Shown here piece by piece: positions 8,127 through 15,449 of a stretch of DNA of 23,017 nucleotides (position 1 is its first letter; the number at the start of each line of letters is the position of its first letter). Below the pieces are notes generated by a model. That model searched no databases. It was not told the DNA's origin and saw only the letters and a program-made list of their open reading frames with translations. The position numbers were made by a program, and so were the translations under genes. Source of the DNA: Nanobdellota archaeon (GTDB lineage: Archaea; Nanobdellota; Nanobdellia; Woesearchaeales; JAHWHD01); contig JAYENX010000001.1 of NCBI GenBank assembly GCA_034722435.1, forward strand, positions 1 to 23,017, written 5' to 3'.

Positions 8127-9421
8127 TGTAAACCTCTCCCAAATCCAGAATAATTAAATCCTAAACTAACCATCTCTTTAGGATCAAAAACATTCCGACC
8201 ATCAACAAGATTTGCTTCAGTCATAAAACTCTTCACTTTACCCATGTCAAGTTCTCGAAATGTATCCCATTCTGTACAAATAATCAGAGCATGAACATCT
8301 TTAGCAGCTTCATAAGGAGTCTTACAAAACTCAATCTCAGGAAATATTTTTCTAAAAGAATCTTTTGCAACAGGATCAAAAGCTTTAACATTCGCACCAA
8401 ATTTTAAAAGTTCATCCACTATATTCAATGAAGGCGCCTCCCTAATATCATCAGTTTTTGGTTTAAAAGCAAGTCCCCATACTGCCACTGTCTTACCTTT
8501 CAAATCAGGCAATATCTGTCGAAGTTTAGGAATGGCTTTCATCCTCTGTTTAGTATTTACATCATCAGCAGATTCTAATAATCTAAAATTAGCATTAAAA
8601 TTCTTACCCTGTTTAATCAAAGATCTAATATCTTTAGGAAAACAACTACCTCCATAACCCAATCCTGCTTGCAAAAATCTTGGACCTATTCTGGAATCAT
8701 AACCAATACCTTTTGCAACTGCTTTCACATCTGCCCCGGCAACTTCACAAAAAGTAGCAATTTCATTAATGAAAGAAATTTTCATAGCAAGAAATGCGTT
8801 TGATGCATATTTAATCAACTCAGCACTTTTATTATCAGTAAAAATAATAGGTTTACCGGTTCTTTCTAGAGATTTATAAACCCGAGTCATCAATTTTTTA
8901 GCATTCTCACTATCAGTACCAATAACTATTCGTTCAGGATTCAAAAAGTCTTTAATTGCTGCACCCTCTCTTAAAAATTCAGGATTAGAAACAACATCAA
9001 CAGCAATATTAGATACCTGATTAATTATCCTCTTAACCCTGTAAGCTGTACCAACTGGCACAGTACTCTTAATCACAACAACTTTGTAACTATCTATATT
9101 TTCACCTATAGCTTTAGCAGCAGAATCAATATATGTGAGATCCGCACTCCCGTCTTCAGATTGAGGAGTTCCAACCGCAATATATATTACATCAGAAGTT
9201 TTAACTATGGAAAAATCAGTTGTAAAAAACTGCCTTTCCCCTTCGACATTCTGCTTTAACATGTCTAACAATCCTAACTCATATATTGGAAGTTCAAGAT
9301 TGTTAAGTTTCTCTATCTTACTTTGATCTACATCAATGCATGTCACTTCATTTCCAAGACTTGCTAAACAAGTCCCCACTGTTAATCCAGCATATCCCGC
9401 ACCTAATATTGAAATTTTCAT
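8123..9421 (-). CDS. ugd: UDP-glucose 6-dehydrogenase
   Basis: ILGAGYAGL, IAVGTP, KSTVP, SNPEFLREG, AELIKYASNAFLA, GYGGSCFPKD, FKPKTDDIRE. Start set at ATG 9421 (MKISILG). Confidence 0.93.
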   Translation of the reverse strand: MKISILGAGYAGLTVGTCLASLGNEVTCIDVDQSKIEKLNNLELPIYELGLLDMLKQNVEGERQFFTTDFSIVKTSDVIYIAVGTPQSEDGSADLTYIDSAAKAIGENIDSYKVVVIKSTVPVGTAYRVKRIINQVSNIAVDVVSNPEFLREGAAIKDFLNPERIVIGTDSENAKKLMTRVYKSLERTGKPIIFTDNKSAELIKYASNAFLAMKISFINEIATFCEVAGADVKAVAKGIGYDSRIGPRFLQAGLGYGGSCFPKDIRSLIKQGKNFNANFRLLESADDVNTKQRMKAIPKLRQILPDLKGKTVAVWGLAFKPKTDDIREAPSLNIVDELLKFGANVKAFDPVAKDSFRKIFPEIEFCKTPYEAAKDVHALIICTEWDTFRELDMGKVKSFMTEANLVDGRNVFDPKEMVSLGFNYSGFGRGLQ

Positions 9422-9444
9422 TGTAATTAAAGTAAATTTAAAGT

Positions 9445-9496
9445 TATTTAAATATCTTACCTTCATCCTACTTCATCCCACCAAAAGGTTTAAATA
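9445..9496. promoter_or_regulatory. Divergent promoter pair (TTTAAATA at 9452-9445 on minus; CCAAAAGG-TTTAAATA at 9481-9496 on plus)
   Basis: TATA-like boxes 24-31 nt from ugd ATG 9421 and 26-33 nt from TTG 9522. Confidence 0.7.
9461..9478. repeat. Direct repeat CTTCATCC x2 with 10-bp period; candidate operator
   Basis: CTTCATCC at 9461-9468 and 9471-9478, lying between the two divergent TATA/BRE elements. Confidence 0.85.
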
Positions 9497-9521
9497 ATAT
9501 AATCAATTTATTAAATTTCCC

Positions 9522-10316
9522 TTGAAGAAAAAAATAAGCATAACAATTGATGATAACACACTCCACGACGTAGATTCCATGATTGATGGTATATACATAA
9601 GAAACAGAAGTCAAGCCATAGAATATATGGTAAAAAACCAAATAGGAGAATCTAAAACTGCAGTAATTCTTGCAGGGGGTAAAGAAAAAATACAAAAAAT
9701 AGGATCAGAATACAGACCAACTATAAAAGTATCAGGAACACCAGTCATTGAAAGGGCCCTTAAAAAACTAAAAAAAAATGGTTACAAAGAAATATATGTA
9801 ATAGCAAGACATCACATCCTTACAAAAATATTTGAAATAATAAAAGAAGGTTCTATGTACGGCATGAAAGTACATTATGTTGAAGAAAAAGATGCAAAGG
9901 GTAGTGCAGATTCTTTAAAACTATTAAAAGGAAAAATAAAAAGCAATTTTTTAGTTGTATTCGCAGACATAATATTTGACAAAATAAATATTAACGAACT
10001 ATGGAAACAACACATAAAACAAAGCCCTGTAGCAACATTGATTTTAACCACATCAGGAACACCTTCAAAAAAAGGAATTGTTAAAATAGAAGGTTCAAAA
10101 ATTCTAGAATTCATACAAAAACCCAATAAAAGCGACGCCTATTTAGGATTCAGTTCAATGTTTATCGCGGGACCAGAAATATTTGAATATTCAGGTAAAA
10201 GTCTTGAAGAAGACATATTCCCAATTCTAGCAAAAAAAGGACTTCTACAAGGTCACCTTAGCTCAGAAAAAGAGACACATATACATACTAAAGCAGATTC
10301 TATGAAAAGTATTTAA
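9522..10316 (+). CDS. Ribbon-helix-helix (NikR/CopG-like) domain fused to a degenerate NTP_transferase domain
   Basis: N-terminus KKISITIDDNTLHDVDSMI...RNRSQAIEYMV is RHH-like. It is followed by AVILAGG, VVFADII and FIQKP, but with KEKIQK/RPT in place of GTRL/PK. TTG start. Confidence 0.85.
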   Translation: MKKKISITIDDNTLHDVDSMIDGIYIRNRSQAIEYMVKNQIGESKTAVILAGGKEKIQKIGSEYRPTIKVSGTPVIERALKKLKKNGYKEIYVIARHHILTKIFEIIKEGSMYGMKVHYVEEKDAKGSADSLKLLKGKIKSNFLVVFADIIFDKININELWKQHIKQSPVATLILTTSGTPSKKGIVKIEGSKILEFIQKPNKSDAYLGFSSMFIAGPEIFEYSGKSLEEDIFPILAKKGLLQGHLSSEKETHIHTKADSMKSI

Positions 10317-10331
10317 GAATCAACCACAATC

Positions 10332-10339
10332 TTTATAAA
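10332..10339 (+). promoter_or_regulatory. TATA box of the 5S rRNA gene
   Basis: TTTATAAA 23-30 nt upstream of the 5S helix I start. Confidence 0.75.
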
Positions 10340-10361
10340 TGACCATTTAATCCTCTATCAC

Positions 10362-10471
10362 GGACGGCCATAGGGACTTGGCTCACCCGTTCCCATTCGA
10401 ACACGGAAGTTAAGAAAGTCTCCGTTCTGGTCGGTACTACGTTTTTGCGTGGGAAAATCGGAAAGCTGTCC
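10362..10471 (+). rRNA. rrf: 5S ribosomal RNA, stand-alone and short (about 110 nt)
   Basis: Helix I GGACGGC/GCTGTCC; CATAG; helix II GGGACTT/AAGTC(T)CC; ACCCGTTCCCATTCGAACACGGAAGTTAAG; loop E GGTA/GAA. GC-rich island in an AT-rich region. Ends are approximate. Confidence 0.95.
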
Positions 10472-10472
10472 A

Positions 10473-10497
10473 CCTTTTCTTTTAAATTTTAATTTTC
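10473..10497 (+). terminator. Oligo-T terminator region after 5S
   Basis: CCTTTTCTTTTAAATTTTAATTTT immediately after helix I. Confidence 0.55.
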
Positions 10498-11016
10498 CTA
10501 CAAGATCTTAATTATACCAAGAATAGCATCTTTCTTATTATTAGAATTCTTGAAAACAAAACCATCTTTTTTTACATCAGTTCTACCTTCATAACTATGT
10601 AAAACTCTTTTCAACTTAGATCTATCATAAATTATAACTATATCAAGCCGCACAGGTTTATTACCAAATTTAGGCGGCCAAGTATAAAATGGTTCAATAA
10701 AATTCTCAATTATCTTAGTCTTAGATTTCACCACAAAATCAAGAGCAAAAATATCAATCTTCTTACCTTCAACATTTTCATATCTGTCATCACACCTTTT
10801 TAAGTCATATCTATCGTGACCGATTTTTTTTATAACCTTAATCAAATCACCAACCTTTTTCTTGGAATGTTCTTGAGAACCCAAACATCTAATAACAACT
10901 TTCTTTCCAAAAAAATACTTCTTAATCAATAAATCAACTTTAGCACCTATAGTAACCCAATCAGGTTTTGATTTAACAGAATATTCAGGAATTGTTACTT
11001 GATAAACCTTAATCAT
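10498..11016 (-). CDS. Hypothetical protein, 172 aa, unrecognised family
   Basis: ATGA overlap with the NOP2 stop and GGTGA SD 7 nt upstream support a real gene; no motif recognised. Confidence 0.8.
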   Translation of the reverse strand: MIKVYQVTIPEYSVKSKPDWVTIGAKVDLLIKKYFFGKKVVIRCLGSQEHSKKKVGDLIKVIKKIGHDRYDLKRCDDRYENVEGKKIDIFALDFVVKSKTKIIENFIEPFYTWPPKFGNKPVRLDIVIIYDRSKLKRVLHSYEGRTDVKKDGFVFKNSNNKKDAILGIIKIL

Positions 11017-11834
11017 AATTTCTTCACCTTTGCAACAAAAAACCCTTGAGTACCATCAATATGCGGCCAAAACTTTTTTTGTTCTATAATTTCAACCTCA
11101 AAATTATCTTTTAACCAGGAAATATTTTCTTCATCTTCTTCAATCTCAAAACTGCATGTAGAATAAACCATCTCACCACCTTTCTTCAAAACATTCAAAC
11201 TCTCCTGTAAAAGCTGCTTCTGAATCTTTGATTTATGCTTAAAATCTTCTAAAGTCCGTTTCTGTAACCAATTTTTATCAGTCACAAAATTACCTGAACA
11301 GGGTGCATCTAAAATGATTTTATCAAACTTTATACCTAAATCAGACACAAATCGGGCATCTTTATTATAAATAACCACATTCGAAGCGCCAAGACGTGCA
11401 CAATTATTGCGTAAAGCTTCTAACCTTTTAGTCTTCATATCAAGAGCAACCACTACACCCTTATTCCTCATCCATTGTGATAATTGAGTTGTTTTTCCGC
11501 CAGGAGCAGCAGCCATATCCAAAACAATTTCACCAGGTAAAGGATTCAACAATTGCACAGGATACTGCGATGCACCCTCTTGAATATAATAATAACCTTG
11601 AAGATATTCATTAATTGCACCCATCGAAAAATCACTTTTAATAACTTTATACCCACATTTTACAAAATCTAATTTTGCAAATTCAACTCCCTTTTTCTCT
11701 AACCGCCTAATCAAATCACGTTCCTTAATTTTCAAAGTATTAACTCTAATGGATACAGGAAGATTTTCAAAACTCTCTAAACCTTCAAACTTATCGCCTA
11801 ACCAATCTTTATACCTACTAAAAAAAATATTCAT
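11013..11834 (-). CDS. RsmB/NOP2/NSUN-family RNA m5C methyltransferase (core domain only)
   Basis: SIRVNTLK, YYIQE, DMAAAPGGKT, LDAPCSG, YSTCS (both catalytic Cys). GGTGA SD. Confidence 0.93.
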   Translation of the reverse strand: MNIFFSRYKDWLGDKFEGLESFENLPVSIRVNTLKIKERDLIRRLEKKGVEFAKLDFVKCGYKVIKSDFSMGAINEYLQGYYYIQEGASQYPVQLLNPLPGEIVLDMAAAPGGKTTQLSQWMRNKGVVVALDMKTKRLEALRNNCARLGASNVVIYNKDARFVSDLGIKFDKIILDAPCSGNFVTDKNWLQKRTLEDFKHKSKIQKQLLQESLNVLKKGGEMVYSTCSFEIEEDEENISWLKDNFEVEIIEQKKFWPHIDGTQGFFVAKVKKL

Positions 11835-12934
11835 AATTCAATCACCACAGTTTTATCTTTAGGATTAAGCTCTTTAACCATATTATGATCTTTCAATCTT
11901 TTTTTAACATCATCCCATTCTAATTTTTTCAGAGCTTTATTTATCTCATCAATAATCTCCTTAACAGTTTGATAATTTGCATATAATAACTCAGCTTTAT
12001 CTGCGGCCTCAACAGCTTTTTTCGCTAAAGAAAGAATAGTACTTTTTTGATTTTTTATAATACGATTTATACGTTCAGCCTCTTTAGTATAACCTGCAAT
12101 CTGTTTATCAGCAATATTCTTCCTAAGTTCAGTACTTAAAACTTCATTTAAAGCTTCATTATAAGTTAAGAATTCTTTATGTTCTAAAGATTTATACTGT
12201 AATAATTCATAAGGTACAATATCATTTTTATAAACAAAACCTTTAGGTTTCTGTTTTTTCAACCTCTCAATTGCCTTAAACAACTTCTCAAAGTCATCAA
12301 AATCTCCCGGAATTTTATTTTTATTTACACCAGCGTCAGCACATATATCCTCAGCATATACACCCCCCAATCCAAGATCCATAGCCAAAGATTTAACTAA
12401 TGATTCCTTATCACTTTCCTTAAGCATCCGCTTAAGATCATCTAACTTAAATTTTAAAAGATTATAATCCCTTTTAGGATATACATACTCTTCACCCACC
12501 TTTAAAGTCCTATCCTTCCAAATTTTAGGAACCAAAGTCATCAATATTTTATGATTTTTAACTAAAAGAATATTACCTTTACCAAATAATTCAATAATAA
12601 GAGAAATAAACTCACCCTTACTTTGCTCAAATACAAACTCCACAACTCTTTCAAAATCTTTTTGCTCCAAAATTCGAAGCCGTGCCCCTTTAAGATTTTT
12701 CCTTAACTGAACACAGAAACCAGAAGGTTTATCTGCTGCAGCCTTAAAATCCGCAAGATACATGAACTTACCAACTACAATTCTTAAAATCTTTTTTCCC
12801 GTACTTGGAATATGAAACTGTAATACTAACTCATTTTTATTAGGTTGATATATCTTATCAATCTTCCCGTTAAGAAGTACTTGTAACTCGGACACAAGAG
12901 CATACAATTCTATTGAAGCTAGCTGAGTTTTCAT
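11831..12934 (-). CDS. NFACT/Rqc2 (RqcH, FbpA-like) protein, N-terminal half only
   Basis: KIDKIYQP, PSGFCVQLRKNL, FERVVEF, IELFGKGNILL, LGLGGVYAEDIC (HhH), then a coiled coil; ends at 367 aa. Confidence 0.85.
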   Translation of the reverse strand: MKTQLASIELYALVSELQVLLNGKIDKIYQPNKNELVLQFHIPSTGKKILRIVVGKFMYLADFKAAADKPSGFCVQLRKNLKGARLRILEQKDFERVVEFVFEQSKGEFISLIIELFGKGNILLVKNHKILMTLVPKIWKDRTLKVGEEYVYPKRDYNLLKFKLDDLKRMLKESDKESLVKSLAMDLGLGGVYAEDICADAGVNKNKIPGDFDDFEKLFKAIERLKKQKPKGFVYKNDIVPYELLQYKSLEHKEFLTYNEALNEVLSTELRKNIADKQIAGYTKEAERINRIIKNQKSTILSLAKKAVEAADKAELLYANYQTVKEIIDEINKALKKLEWDDVKKRLKDHNMVKELNPKDKTVVIEL

Positions 12935-12956
12935 ATTATGAAAGCACTTTATAAGT

Positions 12957-12985
12957 TATATAAACCTTTCCAAAAACTTATTTAT
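12957..12985. promoter_or_regulatory. Back-to-back promoters for the NFACT operon and the HerA-like ATPase
   Basis: Minus GAAAGG-TTTATATA (12964-12957, 23-30 nt from ATG 12934); plus CAAAAAC-TTATTTAT (12978-12985, 24-31 nt from ATG 13009). Confidence 0.7.
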
Positions 12986-13008
12986 ACCCTTATACCATAT
13001 TAAAAAAT

Positions 13009-14946
13009 ATGAAAGCCCTAATTGGAAAATCAAAAGATACGAACATAAGTATACCTTTCGAAACATTCAAGAAACATTTTATAGCACTTGGTAGCTCAGG
13101 CTCTGGCAAAACTGTAATGTGTAAAGTAATTATAGAAGAAGCAGCAAAAAACCATATCCCTTCAATAATAATCGATCCACAAGGAGATCTAGCTTCTTTA
13201 GCTATAAATTCTGAAAAAATCAATGCCAAAGTCATGATTTATACACCCACATCTTCAAAAGGAATTCCTCTATCACTCAACCCATTAAAACTACCTCAAC
13301 ATAATTTAGAAAAAGAAGAACTTATCTCAATCATAAACACAATTTCTTCATCTTTATGTAAACTCTTAGGATACAATTTAGATAACGACAAAGGAAGATC
13401 TGCTCAAACATTTATGTATAAGATACTTGAACAAGCACACCAAGATAATCAAGAACTTCAAAATTTTAATGATCTCATCGAAATAATCAAAACAAAAGAA
13501 TCAGAGTTCATCTCAAAAAAAGAAATTTCAAAATTAGTACAAAAACTTAAATTTCTTACTATAGGAGAGAAAGAACTTCTATTCAATTTCGGCGAACCCT
13601 TAAACATTAAATCCCTTTTAAAAAATGATATATCCATCATTTATCTTAACACATTAAACTCAACACAAGATAAAGACTTTTTTCTATCAATATTAACCAC
13701 GAAACTTTACGAACATATACTTGAAAACCCATCAAACAAACTTCAAAGCTTATTTTATATTGACGAAATCTCAACATATCTTCCAGCAGGTAACAGAAAA
13801 ACATTATCAAAACCAATCTTAAACTTACTCTATAAACAAGCAAGGAAATACGGGCTAGGTTGTATTGTCAGCACACAAAATCCAGGCGATATAGATTATA
13901 AAGCATTCAGCCAGTTCAGTACATGGGCAATAGGAAGACTCACCACAAAACAAGACCGTGAAAAGCTCAAAACATCTCTAAAATCAATTGCTGGCAATAA
14001 AATTAACATTCTAGAAGAAAATATGCCAAAATTAAAACCGGGAGAATTTTTACTTTTCTCACCCGACATTTTTGAAGATATTAATAAAATAAAAGTTAGA
14101 TGGCTCGAAACAGAACATAAAACATTGACAACAAATGACATAAGCAAAATTATGCAAACTCACAGCAAAAACATACACAATCAAATTAAAAAAACAAAAC
14201 TAACCACTAAAAAAGGTAAAAAACATATAGCTATTCAACTTTCACAAGAACAAATCAATAAACTTATTAATAAAAATAAAAAAAAATTATTCAAATTCTT
14301 TGGACCTGATAAAGAACGCATAGACTTTGTTAAACTCAAATTCATTCCTTTCTACAATACAATTATAAAAATAAAAACTTCAAAACTTCTAAGAATAAAA
14401 AAAGATATAAAAGAGCACAAAATTTTCTTCAATAGTATTACAGGAAACCCTTATAATTTTATAAAAGATAAATTCAAAAAATTCGAAGGATTTAATCATT
14501 TAATTAATTTATCAGAAAATGAATTGCACATTGTAAAACTATTAAATAAAAAAGATAATATCTCAACAAACGAAATTGCATTTAAACTTAAGAAATCGGC
14601 ATCATCAACTAATAATCAAATAAAATCATTATTTGAAAAAAAAATAATTACCTATGATAAAAAAGAAAACATTAATATATGGTCATTACTAATAAAAGTT
14701 AATGTACCAAACCCAAAAAAACTAGAGTCCAGCCCAGGAATTTCTGAAAAAAGCATTAATGCAGAAATACTCAACCCTAAAATAGACATAAACAAATTAA
14801 ATAAATTAGTAAGAACCTGGTTCGGTACAGCAGAAATCATATCACATGAAATAATATACTATCCTGTATACGAGATTAAATATTTAAGTAAAAAAGGAAG
14901 CAGAAATCTTACATTAAGTGCAGTTAATGGCGCACCATTTTCTTAA
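13009..14946 (+). CDS. HerA/FtsK-superfamily (DUF87/DUF853-like) ATPase with C-terminal duplicated domain and winged HTH
   Basis: Walker A GSSGSGKT, IIDPQGD, Walker B FYIDE, ARKYG, STQNPGD. wHTH-like LSENELHIVKLL...STNEIAFKL...QIKSLFEKKII. Confidence 0.85.
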   Translation: MKALIGKSKDTNISIPFETFKKHFIALGSSGSGKTVMCKVIIEEAAKNHIPSIIIDPQGDLASLAINSEKINAKVMIYTPTSSKGIPLSLNPLKLPQHNLEKEELISIINTISSSLCKLLGYNLDNDKGRSAQTFMYKILEQAHQDNQELQNFNDLIEIIKTKESEFISKKEISKLVQKLKFLTIGEKELLFNFGEPLNIKSLLKNDISIIYLNTLNSTQDKDFFLSILTTKLYEHILENPSNKLQSLFYIDEISTYLPAGNRKTLSKPILNLLYKQARKYGLGCIVSTQNPGDIDYKAFSQFSTWAIGRLTTKQDREKLKTSLKSIAGNKINILEENMPKLKPGEFLLFSPDIFEDINKIKVRWLETEHKTLTTNDISKIMQTHSKNIHNQIKKTKLTTKKGKKHIAIQLSQEQINKLINKNKKKLFKFFGPDKERIDFVKLKFIPFYNTIIKIKTSKLLRIKKDIKEHKIFFNSITGNPYNFIKDKFKKFEGFNHLINLSENELHIVKLLNKKDNISTNEIAFKLKKSASSTNNQIKSLFEKKIITYDKKENINIWSLLIKVNVPNPKKLESSPGISEKSINAEILNPKIDINKLNKLVRTWFGTAEIISHEIIYYPVYEIKYLSKKGSRNLTLSAVNGAPFS

Positions 14947-15421
14947 CAACATATTCAACTATTTCCTTTAAATTATATCCTTGAGAAGTTTCAACTACCA
15001 ACAGATCATGTCCCGCTTCTTTAGCCTCATTTAAACATACTTGAAATATCTCCGCTTCAAGATTTTCCTTGATTTTATCCTTAGAATATTTACGCCTCTT
15101 AAGTCTTTTTTCAAGTTCTTTCAAATTTTCACATACAGTAACAATACAAAGATCAACATATTTTTTAGGAACAAAATACGACATATGAGAATCAATAACA
15201 AGAGATTTGTTTGAAGATTTAATTAAATCAACTAAAATCTTACCCAATTTTTTTTCATCTACAACTACACAATCTCTCTTTTTATCAAACTCTTCACAAA
15301 GCTGATTATTAGAAATAACTTTGTTTACGTCAATATAAGAAAAATCTAAACTCTTTGCCAACTTCTCGCTAAGCGTAGTTTTACCACTTCCAACTGAACC
15401 CGTAACAATTATTGTCACCAT
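14924..15421 (-). CDS. AK6/Fap7-type adenylate kinase/ATPase
   Basis: IVTGSVGSGKTT, VIDSH, LEKRLKRRKYS, KENLEAE; 165 aa. Confidence 0.85.
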   Translation of the reverse strand: MVTIIVTGSVGSGKTTLSEKLAKSLDFSYIDVNKVISNNQLCEEFDKKRDCVVVDEKKLGKILVDLIKSSNKSLVIDSHMSYFVPKKYVDLCIVTVCENLKELEKRLKRRKYSKDKIKENLEAEIFQVCLNEAKEAGHDLLVVETSQGYNLKEIVEYVVKKMVRH

Positions 15422-15449
15422 AATTATTTAAAAAAAGAATTAGCTTTAT

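Noticed and set aside
10340-10480. tRNA or novel ncRNA in the GC-rich intergenic island
   Set aside because: The island folds fully as 5S rRNA and no cloverleaf is present.
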